Shown here in pieces: positions 35,666 through 49,300 of a stretch of DNA of 64,000 bases. Position numbers and translations under genes: made by a program. Every line of letters begins with the position of its first letter. Within the stretch, counting starts at the first letter, position 1. A model generated the notes under the pieces. The model was given only the letters and a program-made list of their open reading frames with translations. It had not been told where the DNA came from and did not search any database. Origin of the DNA: Tubulanus polymorphus (Eukaryota > Animalia > Nemertea); contig NC_134025.1 in assembly GCF_964204645.1 (NCBI RefSeq), positions 9,796,001 to 9,860,000 on the forward strand, read 5' to 3'.

Positions 35666-38600
35666 TGGCAACTTGTCCGCCCAAGAAATCATGGGCAATG
35701 TAAATAGATCAATGAAGGGTTTGCGGCTAGGGTTTGTGTTGGTGTGAGCTTCGGCGGGAGGTAATCAAACCCTGGCAAGCGAGGATGCAATTCTTAGGCA
35801 CTTTCTTAATTTGAGTCCAGATTCTTCTTCAATGAAGACTCCTTGGCTACATCATTGCCATCTTCATATATAATATTTGTATCATCCTCCATCGAAAAAT
35901 AAGAACGTGGCTCGAATCAGACACCTCGTAGGAATATGGACTCATATATATTAGAAAAAGAAAATTGCTGCAATAACCTCTATTTTCAATCAAGAACAAC
36001 CGAACATGGCTGCGTTTTCACGGACTTCATCGTTCAATAGTGATCGTATATGTATTTTTTCTGGTTTCTTTTTCCATGAAGCTCCTACGTCTTGGCCTAC
36101 ATAACATCAACAGCGTATTACCGCACTCGGAAAGCACCGATCATTCGTTTTAGAGTCCATGATCAAATCTATGAATCTATCGTCGCACAATCCTATTTAT
36201 TAGCGCTTAATGCGCCTTCTTAATCAACTATTAGTCGTCCCAGTGGGGACCACAGATCACCAGAGTTCATAACTTTCCGGCAATTCATCTTCCGAACGCG
36301 CGTTTCGCTGTAGGGAATTAATCCAGCGCACTTGAGAATCCGGGCAACTGGAACAAAACACGTTTATAGAAGATGAATTAATTCGAAAAGTGAAGTGCAG
36401 CGTGCGATGTTTTTTTTTCTTAAAATGTCATCGATCCTGACTGCCGTTTTATGTTGACGGATAGCTGATTTGATAGTTATTTGATGGCAATTGGGTGCTG
36501 TAAACTGGCGTGAACACATATCACAATCCCATAGATCCCCTTTCGCATTCCACGGCCATTAATCAGTTCCTTCCACAGTCGCAATCATCGCAAGGGTGAT
36601 CCGAGCTCGACTTTGAGTTCCTACAAAAGCGATTTCATTTTGAAACCTAAGATAAGAGACATATATAGCTAAATAATCTTTAGAAATCCATTCAAACTCA
36701 CCACGTTCTGTAGTTCTGACGTACAAGCAACGTTGATAATGAATAATAGTAATATCCAGTACCCGAAAAGTGTAATATGTATCTTCCCGGGCAATCAAAA
36801 TAGCTATTCAATAGAAGGATGGGCTGTGATACTATCGATATTTTTGTGCACGGGAGACTGAGCTTCATCAAAGGCTAAATGTCCACGCATTCTTGCGTCA
36901 TGATTGTGCAAATTGCCGTGAAATTGAACAGTACTGGCTCAACCACCAGTAAGATGCCCTCGCCGATTGTGCGAATATAGTGCAATGCATTACCAACTAT
37001 GGAAGCCATTTTTCGACAAATGCTAATTAAGTTAGTCGAAAAATCATGATTTGTACTGCACGATTTCAAGGGAAGCCGCTCTTCGATCTTTTTATCAAGG
37101 TATCTATTCGTCTAGCGTCTAGCTTTGCAGATGACTGATCGTCTTTTTCAATCGTCAAGCTGATTTCCGTCTAAATAGAAAATAACCACGTGATAAAAAC
37201 TCATTCTATGGTCACACACGCGATGCAATACACGGGTGCTTTGTTATAGTTTCTGATGCATGGCTAATTAAGCCGATTTTCGAGCTTGGAATCGAGTTGA
37301 CGAGTTAATTTGCGTCGCTCCTAATCGCCTTACATTAAGCATTCTCATCATCATCATATTGCCTGTTGCTCCTCGCAACCGTTACGGTGAACTAGGCGAA
37401 GAACCTCGCGAAGAACTGCGACGGGCAAATTTAATCGGATGCTTCCCGAATCCTTCGCTCGTTTTGCCGTCTCGACCATGCTGTCTCTCTCGGTTGGGAG
37501 ATCTCGGACGGCAAGCGCGAAAAGAGCCCCGAAGCAGGAATAATCGGTTTACTAGAACACGGTGTTTTATGATACACTATCCGTCGCCGGCGATATTTAC
37601 TTAACCGACTATCGCCAGCGATATAATTCCTAACAGTGACATCATCACGGTCTCATGATTGAATCTATTATCAGTCGCAACAGTCGATCAGAGTTTTCAA
37701 TACAGACGTAATTTCCCTATGATAACACAAACTCACGAGACTAGCCCGTGATCGTATACTTTATGCATGTACGTAGGCATGCAACGACATTTATTACCTA
37801 ACCAACCGTCATATTCTCTTTTTTATCATGTCATGTATACATCAAGTAACCCACTGTCGCAGACGATCAGTACGAATCTGAACTTCACTGTACAAAAGAA
37901 TCCATATGAACATTCCCTTTTGGCATCATGTCTATGTATGGACATTTTGTTTGTTGCGTGGAGAGACTCAAGGCATTAATCATTCGTTTCACGTCGGTTT
38001 GCTGCGCGGCATGGTTACTAATGTCCACTACACAGACTGAAAAAATTCCTGAAATATCTATAAGGTATTAATTTATGCATTCTTCGTCAATGAATCGAAG
38101 TTTGAGATTCCCCTCGGCAATAAAGCAATCAGTAAGAGTTAAACACGTTTGCTACTAAATTGTCGCGAGATCTCGATTTTCTACCAGTTCTGGCTATTAT
38201 TAGTGCCAACCAATATCGAGTCATTGGCGACGACGCTGGCTGATTTTGCTTACTCTGGGGGGAATGCGACCTCGCTGGCACTTTCTGTTCATAATACATC
38301 TTTATCACAAGAAATCATTGACTCGTTCGGAGGCAAATGTCAACCCTTATCAAAATTCCCAGTGAAAGCTACAAGATTGCCGAAAGAGCGCCAGAAGTAC
38401 GCACGTGATCGACTATCGGCCATTATCAATGATTGAACGTTTCAGCAAGGGAAGCAGGCGGCAACGAGATATGCGCCAATACCAGCAACTTCAAATCAGG
38501 CTCCGCAGTATCGGTAATCGCTGCAACTGATTCGGGTAATCGAGTCCCGTATCGAGTGTAGAAAATTTGATCAAGCATCCACTTTTCGAAGGGATGATCA

Positions 38601-41600
38601 GGACCGAACTGTGTGCGGTAGGTTTATTTCGAGATTGCCCCGGGTGCGGCGAGTTATGGATTAGTGACCACTCGATGGCCTGGCTTTAAGTGCGGCTAAT
38701 AGGATGATGATATTACGGAGCAAGCTTCCGTCGCGTACAGCCTAATTTAATGTATATAGACAATTCGAAGGATTTAGTAGCCAATTTCAGCCATCTTTCG
38801 CCGTCGTCAACAGCAACACACGACTCCAAAAATAGCCGGATTATGGCCATTAATTTTGTAGAAGATTTGTCAGACAAGAATTTACTGGGTGCTTTTTGTT
38901 CCTGGCCTAAAAACTCATTAGTCTTTGTGTTGCAGAGGCAATAATGCATGTGAAGTACTGTTTTTTTTCTACATTCTTTGCCGTCATTTCTGCAAAGCTC
39001 GTATACTCGTCGTTTACCGAGCGTTTTTTGCACTCGGGATTTTCTTGCAAACGTCCTAAACGATAATCACCATCGTTTCTGTCCTGGTCCGCTGCCTATC
39101 GAATGAAAGCCCGGCAAAGAGAGTTTTTCTCGCGGGCAACAGATTATAAGCGCGCTAGAATTGATGATGAATTTCATTGTCCCGACAACGCGCAGAATCC
39201 ATTCGTCACAGAGGCACAATATACATACATGGTCCTGATCCCCAGACGGATCCGCCAGATCTCGATATACTGCCCGGATTACAAGACATGATGAATGGCT
39301 ACGCAATTCAATACGGATACGCTTAAAAGTTTATTGCTGGTTGCGGCGGGTCATTAGTATTCTTAAATCGCCATCAAAGCTGAAACGGCGTACTGAAATA
39401 TTTATGTTCGGCGAACGTTGAATGTGTAAATCGATTTTGCGAGTATGCATCGTGAAATCTGTCGCGGAATAAAGGCAAAATCACAACGCAGGATCTATTA
39501 CGAACGAATCAAGCCTGTTTTGGGTTCTGATTTGACTATGAACTAAATGAACTAAATTTTACAACGTTAGATTGCATGGCCGTCAAGCCATCTGGTAGGA
39601 GAGCTGGTGTTGCAGTTTCCCATTCTATAGTCAAATCTAGAAAGAAATAGATTATTTAGTTACTTGAAAAAGTTGTAACATCGCTGGGGCTCTAGATCGG
39701 GCTCTTTCACACTGAAGGGGTATGAAAATACTTGATACACGCTTCATAAGGTCGAGTGAATTTCTGAACCTGGCTCCGGATATTGCTGTGTGCCAAACTG
39801 AAAAAAATCCGAATAAGTAACTTTTATACGAACTAATATATCATTATGTCGATTTTGTTTTTATATTCGGGAAAAACTCGATATTACGTGATCGTAGACT
39901 CGTTCTTGGTCATAATACGGTGTATTTACATTCGAGTCACCTGACTCAGGGCCCAGAATGAGGAAACACGTCGGTGATTTATTAGAAACAACAAACGTCG
40001 TACAAACGAAATAGCCATTTACTTAATTAGTGCTGTAGCTGATGGATACACACGCTATGGAACTAATGGTCATTTCCTAAGGCACCGAGCACTATCATTA
40101 ATTCAACTCGGTGGATTCCACCCACCTTTATATATGTACCCGCTATACATGTTCACAAATTGATCAAACGCTTATTTTTATGCTATCTCAATGTATCGAA
40201 CCGAGTGTGTAAAGGCCTTGTAAAGATCATCTTCAGTGGAAAGAGAACACGCTTCCCGCGAAACCATACGAAGACAATTTTATGTGGCGTTTTTCTTGAT
40301 AGATGAATAATAATGACACACGGAGATGAAGGTATCAATGGAAATCGATGCCGTATTGGACACGGAAGGCATCATCTCCAGACATAGGGGTGTTTGAAAA
40401 CAGACAAATGAAGTAATTTTCTCACCGGATTATCGAAAAAAAATGTATTGAGGTAAATGTTAATAATGGACTCAGGATCAATGTAATCAGAGGTGCATTA
40501 TCAGCCGCCTCGATCCAACAGACACACTATTTGCGCATCGGTACGCAAATGGCGTTCCTATTCCTATCGACAAACCATTACGAGTCTGTGATTTGATTTT
40601 CTACTTCTTCGTTGCGAGAATGAGAACCTCTTTTTTCAGCGACGACTTCGTCTTAACGGCATAACCAGTCGCCCGACTCGATATTACCAGGCTATTACGC
40701 AGGAAGTTTCGGAATGTACCGACGACAGGGAAGATTATCTCAGAAATAAGCACCATTTCGCGAGCAGCTGGCGTTGTGCCTTAATACTACAGGCGTTCAG
40801 TACTTAACTACTCGAGAGTCGTGTAGTAGTATTTATTTTAATGCATGCATACCTCTTGACAATGTTATGCCGGGGATTGACGATTGCGGATATACTTTGT
40901 ACTCTCGAAAATATTGTCTCAGACATTCCACGAAAATCGGGCCGCGCGTATTTGTCTCAGCTATTATATCCGTCGCGAAGAAAATACGAAATAAGAGGAA
41001 AATTCCATCAACTGAATCGATTCTTCGCTTTCTCTTGGGCTTTTACAACAATCTTGGCCAAAAATGAAGACGAAATTAACCACCCATAACCATCTAAACC
41101 GATGCAAAATTCGTGAATATTCTAGACATTCTGAGACGAAAAAATGGAATGTCAACGTTTTTGTCACGGCAGATGATATACGAGATTTGATCGCTCAGAA
41201 TTTTGAGGGACTGACAATGGAACCCGACGAACTCGCCTCCATCTCGATGATGAGGATAATGATGAGAATGATGACGATGATCATACATATCAGTTCTGGA
41301 CGCCGGGCAATCAACAAACCGGCAACTGACGATACGGCGCATCACGTTATCATCTCTCTTATTGCTACTATCTCTGGGGAAACATTATTTGGCCAATTTC
41401 ATCAACTCGTCTCGAAGCAAAGACAAGAGAGCCAAGTTCGAGTCATCACTGCCGACCATATATACGCATATAACTCGGAAAACATCACATATCATTAGTT
41501 ATTCGACGCGCACTTGGGAATCATAACATTTCGCCAAGACGCAACTCAGTACCGACCATCGGAGATAAAACCCGTTTATAAATTCAAGTTAAGACAAACG

Positions 41601-44600
41601 ACAACTGGCCACGCAAGAAGTGCATCTCGTCTTATTTATCGTATTCCAAATAATTTTTTTTCAAACATGATCGTGTTATCTCCAATAAAGTGAGTATGAA
41701 ATGTTCACAATAATGTTGATTCCTTTTAAATTCTTTGTTCGGATCCGAAGCATTAGACCACTTCGATATGTATATCCCTGGCGTTCCAAGTATGAGTACA
41801 TTTTGTACTAGACCTAACCTAGACCCAACTTGTAGGGCTAGTTATTTTGGTGTGTTTGGAAATGAATGTGCTTTATCCCCTTGATAAGCATCGTTGTATT
41901 GGTGCGTTATTTACTGAAGGGCGACGGAAAATTTTTCTCTCTTTGTTCAGCCATGCTGCGGGGAGTAGGAATGAATAACAGCCAAATCGACTCCTCTTCT
42001 CTCCCGTGCGATCGCCACAATTTCATGCTTGTACACGCGAAGCATTATAGACAGACCTTTGAAGTTTTGATGGATTTGTTGATTAGCAAAGAATGGTTAA
42101 CGGAATGAAAAACAAAAATCATATATCAAACGATCTCAATTTCTTTACAAAGTTTTGGCGAATGCGGATATCATATTAAAAGCGCATCGCATTTCAAATA
42201 GATATTCAATGTTTCATGTCTATTTATATGTCATATTTTGAATTGGAATATACCCCGGGCTTTTGAGATTATTTATCTTTTCGTGGTAAATCATATCATC
42301 TCAAGACGATATGCTCTTTCAAAGCGGTTCACCCGACATAATTATCTCTCATTACATTCGTAGTCATGATTATAATATGTTTCATTTTATCAAATGATGA
42401 TCTCCCCGTTGCTTATAATTGGCAATTTGAAAAATTAAGGATTCAACGTAGTATCTCTAGAAGAACACCTACATCCTGAAGAAGCGGCACGGCGACATTT
42501 CGTCCAGGCTCATGTTCCATCTGTGTATCCGAGTATGTTGTCCACTAGCGCGAAGGCGAATAAATAATCTTTTATCGATGATGTAAAGAATGAGCTTATG
42601 AGCTTAAAGCTCTTAGGACAGACGAATCATTCTCATAGGTTTACAGCTGAACTGTAGCTGTTGTTATTCGGTCTAATTACAACAGCTTCAATCATGCATA
42701 CTAATTAGAGATGAACAGTCGAGGTCAAGTTGCGGATCACGATGATGTATCCGTCGTTCGATTTCTTTGATTGGCTCCATTATTTGGTCCGACGAGCTAA
42801 TGATGAATGTTATTCGTTCGCCCTGGGTCTCGTAATATAATATACATGAATACTCTGCTGGGCTAATGGGGGCGGAATGAAGAAACCTGATGCCGCATGG
42901 TATATACTCTATTATAAACAGGCAACACCCGTCGTTTTCTGAGATCCTTTTATATGGCATTTTACCATGGACTATACGAACTTTATCTTTGGTATTCTCG
43001 ATGGATATATTCATTAGAAGTTAGAAGTTACGAGCAAGATAAAGTAAATGATATATTTTCTAACGAGAAGTTGAAATATTTTCTGGATTCTTTTCATTAA
43101 AATCGGACGCGTTCGTTCGTGTACGAAAGTTATTGTGTGTTTATCATTTTTACAAAAATTAGTGAATTTGTACGGAAAAAGAATCCATTCGCCAATCATT
43201 TCAATTTGTATAATGGCAATCTTTCAGTCGTAGAAAAGCTTTTAGACCGGCGAACTCGGTTGGTCAATGTAGGCCAAATGTAAATGCAACTCCCGAGCCG
43301 CTGTACGGCCAAGATAGATGCAGCAAAACGCGACGGTATGCGAGTCACATATTCCAATGACGTGAAATGACCCTCTCTGGGTAAATAAAGCTTTCTTTAC
43401 TCTCGCAGTATCATCGACGGAACGTCGTACACACAAATTTACACAGGGACATCAATGTGTATCTCGTCGAAGAAGAGGATCCACTACTTCGATTTGCCAT
43501 TTTATTGCGTAGGTTCAAACCGGGCAATCGTGAGAAGCATCGCTAAAAGACCCAATCAGTCACTTGCCGGTTCAGACTGATTGGAAGATTGTTTGAATGA
43601 ACCGCAACCAAATTTCCCAATTGTGTACTTCGATTTACACACAAAAAAATCTGTAAGCTCGACCGCCGATCACACAACTTCATCTGCACTTCGATTTCCG
43701 ATTTCAAAATCAAACGCCCTGTTTCGCTGTTTCGGCAGGTTTGGTGGGTTTGTAAGGGACAGGAAATCAAAACGACTCAAACGAAATCTACCAATCAAAT
43801 AAATAACAGGGTCAATACCTATTTTAAAATAAGGAAACTCGACAACTCAAACAAGAAAAGAAATTGCCGTGCGTTTGATTGATACTATTAACTTATCTAG
43901 AATATTAAAGATTGCTTTGCTGGATAGATTTTAATGGTGGTGTATACAAGATCATTATGATATAAAGAAAATTGATATCTTTCTTGGTAAAAATTGATTT
44001 TTGAAAGTAGATCATCGCGTCGTTATTTGGCGAACCATCGGCGTATTATATTTCTTTCTATTGACGTGAATGCCGGCATCGGGTTAACTTCCCAAGCAGG
44101 AGATACTGCTTTCTTCGGTGTGAATAACAGGTCAAGTACGTTCGTTATACAGAACGCTTCTTTTCAGAAGTTCCGTCGCTTCCGAAGGATCGCGTTCGAG
44201 CTATAAAGGGAAACATGAGTATCGTTTCTCCAGAGGAGGGTATAATTCTAGGACTTGTTCTCGGATATTCTTGCGCGCTACGTGAATACATAAGTATCGA
44301 AAAAAGGGTCGAGTAGCAAATAGTATCGTAGAAAAATTATATATTTATTAAAACCAATTAATAACAAGTCCACCGCTAGAGCCACGAGACATAGCGTCTA
44401 TATCGTTTAAAGATTATTTCACGTTGACAAACTAATATAATCATTTTGAAAATAACCGAAGCGATTTTCGCAAGATAACGGTTTCATGATCGAAACATGT
44501 GATATCGATTCGAATGCAAATGATCCCGTTTCCATCAGAAAAGAGCACTACTCATCTTTTTTTCTTGAACTGTTTTGAACTATTTGCTGAAAAGCTTTAG

Positions 44601-44670
44601 AAAAGCTCTGGGAATTATGCGTATTGTATAAATCAAATCATGTATATATCATATTTCTACTCGGCTATAT

Positions 44671-46338
44671 TCATAAAGAAGTTTCCATGCAGCCATACTG
44701 AGGCTGCGGTCTCGTTGCAAGACTGTCACCTTCGTCAGTATTTCTCACGTGAGGTACGTGACGTGGTGAGTTATTCTGCGAATTCGGAGCACTAGCATGT
44801 TGGATAACCTGCATGGTCAGTGCCGTTTCATAAGGCGGGGGCTCTTCTTCGGAAGACCTCGTCCTTACTTCCATTTCGCCTGGTCTGAAGTCGCCAGGCG
44901 TGTGGATACTCGAACTAGGAGTTTGTGCAGGTGACGTGGGTGTTTGGGCGTGCGGCGTATTTTCTGCCTGCCCGTCAACAGAGTCCGGACTAGTGGCAGA
45001 CGATGGCGTAGTGCGAGCAGCCGCACATGACGCCATGACACCATCCTCGCCTACGGCAATATCTGAACGACAACGCTTCGATTTCTTCTTCTTTTTCCGG
45101 CGTCGTTTTCCTCTGCCTCGCTCGGATTGCATCATGTCATTGTCGTCACTAAAGCTGTACACGTGACCAGAAGCACCGTTTGGTATATTGGCGTTGTATG
45201 GAATATGCCCGTTTGATATGAAACCGTTCGGCACAGCGTTTGCGGTCGTAATAAACGTATTCATCATAATTCCGTTGGGTGTGATAGGTGTGATGTTGCC
45301 ATTGGAGTCTTCACGGGTCATTTGCCCGCTCGCGCAATCCATCAGTAATACTTCGGAATAACTGGGAACCATCGTAAAATTGTTTCGTATATTCATTTCT
45401 AAATCGGTGCTGCACATAGTACTGACTCGGGACATTTGGCCCGGTATATATCCAGGGTCGAGGTAGTTTGTTCCGAACAGTTTATGCGCGTGAAAGTGCA
45501 GGTACGCCGTTTTGTATTCGATTAGCACCCTTATCGGCCACGACATCATGAATATGGAAGCGACCCAAAATACTGGGTGGGATATATACCATGGAAGATT
45601 ATTTGGATCAGCAAATGCAATCAAGTATTCCTTGAAATTGATATTTAATAAATCCATGCCTTCCCGTGTTTCCATGTAGTCGTCACGGCGCTCGTGATCT
45701 TGGAAGAACTGTGCTCGTTGGTCCTCGAACTCGCTCTCTGCGTCGACAGTGGCGAACGAGAAGCCTTTCGTGAATCGGATTTTGGTCGCCGGAAAATCCT
45801 CTAATCCCCGCAGCGTTTTTGAAATATCTTTGTAGCCGCAGCGGGTGAAATTAAAGGCACACCCGGCAGTGTGCGAGTTAACCCTCTCGTAGTAAACCTG
45901 GGTTGTGGTGAAAGCGTCACCGTTACGATATCGCGTCACCTGCCTCGTTCTTCGGACGTAATGATAACAAATCGCCTTCCACCAGACGATCGGAATTGCT
46001 TCTCGAAGGAATTGCACGCGTTCGTATATCGAGGAGATGTCAACTTTACACTGAAGTTCCAATCGAGTGTGGCAGTGCCAACACTCGACTAGATATACCA
46101 AATATAGCATCACGACGAAAGCAACCGGAATGTAGACATAGCCGTCATCACATGGCCCCGACTGGTGCATGTGGGATACAGCTTCGTCGAATAGATCCAC
46201 GAACAGTTCCCAGTCAGTGGCCATGCGACACCACGTAATGGCGGCCATGCATCCCCAAATCAGCAGTGTCAAGATTAGGCATTTCCAATGAGTATCTCTG
46301 CGTAGTGAACCACAGAAAGACTGTCTAATTGGCCTTTG
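44671..46338 (-). CDS. TMEM151: TMEM151 main coding exon (555 aa)
   Basis: The acceptor TCTTTCAG at 46340-46339 extends the listed ORF by 22 codons. The protein ends GCMETSL*. Confidence 0.95.
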   Translation of the reverse strand, partial: QRPIRQSFCGSLRRDTHWKCLILTLLIWGCMAAITWCRMATDWELFVDLFDEAVSHMHQSGPCDDGYVYIPVAFVVMLYLVYLVECWHCHTRLELQCKVDISSIYERVQFLREAIPIVWWKAICYHYVRRTRQVTRYRNGDAFTTTQVYYERVNSHTAGCAFNFTRCGYKDISKTLRGLEDFPATKIRFTKGFSFATVDAESEFEDQRAQFFQDHERRDDYMETREGMDLLNINFKEYLIAFADPNNLPWYISHPVFWVASIFMMSWPIRVLIEYKTAYLHFHAHKLFGTNYLDPGYIPGQMSRVSTMCSTDLEMNIRNNFTMVPSYSEVLLMDCASGQMTREDSNGNITPITPNGIMMNTFITTANAVPNGFISNGHIPYNANIPNGASGHVYSFSDDNDMMQSERGRGKRRRKKKKKSKRCRSDIAVGEDGVMASCAAARTTPSSATSPDSVDGQAENTPHAQTPTSPAQTPSSSIHTPGDFRPGEMEVRTRSSEEEPPPYETALTMQVIQHASAPNSQNNSPRHVPHVRNTDEGDSLATRPQPQYGCMETSL

Positions 46339-49300
46339 CTGAAAGATATAAGAATGAAAAGATACATTAGAAATTAATATTATTTAGATTTCATAGATTT
46401 TAAAACCACTCCCAATATATAATTTGGATCTATATGATCTATGTGTGGTGCATTTTATCGATATTTAGGCATCCAATTGACGAGCGAACTATGAAAATCC
46501 TTTCCAATTTTCGAGTACTCAGAAATCAAGGATCTGCACGTACAATTTCATATTACCGATACTTCATCAATAGTTGATCACATTTTTCACCGCATACCCG
46601 AGCGAATTTATTGCACTCGAGGTTTGTGTTTTCTAGATTTCCGACAAAAAGTGCAAGCTCTTAACCCATCCCCTCTCTTGACGTGGTCATGATGTACAAC
46701 CGAAACCCCATCCTACGATGATGATTGTAAAATACAATTATTCCGATGTTTCATTTACAACTTCTTCGCCGCACTCTTGTTATCTCGTAGAGGAAACCTT
46801 GTAAGTCCCTCATGAATTTATTTCGCACATTTCTTCGTTTGCGTCAGCTTTCCAAAACGAGAAATAAAGATTGTCGTCTTCGTGATATCAGTCAATCAAA
46901 CACGCTATAATATCAGTGTATTAGCCAAGGCAGGTGGGCATTAAGTTATGCAAATTTTCACGCGACCCTCTTTTCAAGAAGTGTTCCGTTACAGTTGTCA
47001 TCGAAACGTTAGGAGTGAAATAATTATTACACCATATCAAAGAAACCTGTCACGGCAAGACGCACTTGGCCTGGTATTGCATCGTCATTGGTGGTAGATT
47101 TAAAACGTCATTTAGCACCGAAAGTGAGCCTCTTTCCTGAGAATCGATCAGTAAGCAACAGCTGTTTTCACTCAAAAAATACTCCGTCAATAATGTATCA
47201 TCGTAGAGACTGTGACTTTCTAATAAAAGAAATGCTTTTACCGGTCGCAGTAATGTCATAGGCTTATATATATTTTAGATTCCACATTGATTCTCGGAGA
47301 CAGAGGGATGGGAGGGAGGTGTGTAGTGAGAGTACGCAAAACGAAACTACGGTTCGATAGAATGGGAGAAACGTGAAGTTTAGTATTAGATTGATTTTAG
47401 TGCGAGTGCACACTAAGAAATAAGCGAAATCGTCTGTGCATAAACTTTCTAAATTAAACTATTATGATTTTCTTGAATATTCGCCTATGAATTAATCGGG
47501 AATGAAATTCAACCTGATCGGCTCGTACACGAGATATACCGGACTAACAACCCAAATAAAATGAACGCATAACCTTAGTTTTCATTTTCGGTAGACCGAA
47601 AACATCCTGCAAAAATCATATTCAACGACATTGAATATATAGCTGATTTTCTGCGTACATTTCCATCGACGAAATCACAGTACAGTTCGAAAATACTGCA
47701 TAGGCCTACTTATCATCACACGGATGTCGAACATATTCCAGCCGGAATCACGAATGCCAGTTCCGTAAAAGGCAATAATAAAATATTCATTGCAATCGCT
47801 TGACGACTCGGATTGTTTCTATGTAACTTTTATTGGCAATATCTTAGCGACTGCGGATTCGTTCGTGTATGCGGATATTTCACGCAGGCCGTCATGTTTA
47901 TACGGATAGCGTATATCGGTACCCATTAAATAAACTCATGCATATGGAAAAATGACTGTCATAGCTTTATCTAATTCTAATGGATCGGGCGGAAATAAAA
48001 TGAACGCGACAATCTTCAACTCTATACGACATCCCACGAACCGTAATACAATTGTGTAATTGAGGATTTAGGGACGTATTTCACCGAAATAGAGCTAGCA
48101 TTTTTAGTATGTTATGGATATTCTGAGTAGTAAAACACTACATATTTGTGTAGTTGTTTGTGTAGATATATCTAGATATATTTAATATGTATGTGTACAT
48201 TATGTATGTGTTATAAGTAAGAATAAAGTAATTCAAATTCATATTCGTAAATATGGATTCCACCTGACAAATATTGGGATGACTCCAACGAAATTTGCAT
48301 CCGAAACGTCGGGGTTTCAAATAAAATCAGTTTGCGATCGTTTTTATTCAATGTGCATTTTAGACGGAGATTCGCTGTAAACGGGAGCGCAAAATATACA
48401 TTCGGATACAAAAATGCATTCGCTTTATCGGTCGTAAAATAATATTGCTGTATGCGCATTTATCTTTACTTTCAGATTTATTTTTGTCTGTTGCGTATCG
48501 ACACAATATTGACGTTTCGTGAACGTGTCGAATTGAAATGTCAAAAAGCAACTTATACTAGATTGGAGACGAAATCTTGAATTCGGACGTGTATAATTCC
48601 TGTTCGTAGGCGACAACAACAGAAATGTTATCCCAAAAGCTTCCGCATTCTAAGGTGGATGTAATGGCCGAGCAATAGGAATTATCCGCATAAAAGCCAC
48701 ATTGCATGTATCAGTGATGGAAATTCTCGATTCCGTATTATCGAGGCCGTTTGCATTCTTGAGGATGAATTGATGCCCGTTCAGCGCTTAATGGGTTCAC
48801 GATTCACAACACTGAAAATCCATATCCCCCATAGTTGTTCTTTATAGAAATGCGTTTTCTTTGATCTTTCTACGTATTACGTGAGTTAACTATACTCAAT
48901 GGCCGTATCCGCAAAGAACGGATGCGATAAACGTCGGCGCGAAATGTGTTGTGGTCATCCGATATATCTCGCAGCACCGTTGGTGAATAAGGTGAATACA
49001 CCGCATTCACCGGCGACTCGTCGACGAAACGACGGAGCTAAATCATCCTAACGTTCCATGACCTATGCCGTCTGCAATGACCGCTTCGACGTTTTATTCG
49101 TCAGCGTCGCCGCGGCGCAATTACCTGCGCACTGTTCGGGTACGCCATCAAAGTCATCAGTGTCACGGTTTACTGGGGCCTCGAAGCAACTACCTGTCAC
49201 GATGTAAATGATGGATAATTCGAAGCGGCGCGTGACTCACGTTATAAGCTATGATAAATCTCGTGTCAAAACGTTAGTTATGCGACGGTGCTATTGTTTT

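Noticed and set aside
36820-36880. Fragments resembling miR-2 (GGCTGTGATA, CATCAAAG); also let-7-like TGAGGTAG at 828
   Set aside because: The fragments are out of order or seed-only, and no precursor hairpin forms.
24472-44670. Nested protein-coding gene among the many 60-144 aa ORFs in the TCTE1 intron and intergenic DNA
   Set aside because: None shows a recognisable domain or a consistent exon chain, and the lengths are what chance would give. A lncRNA or micro-exon gene cannot be excluded without RNA-seq.
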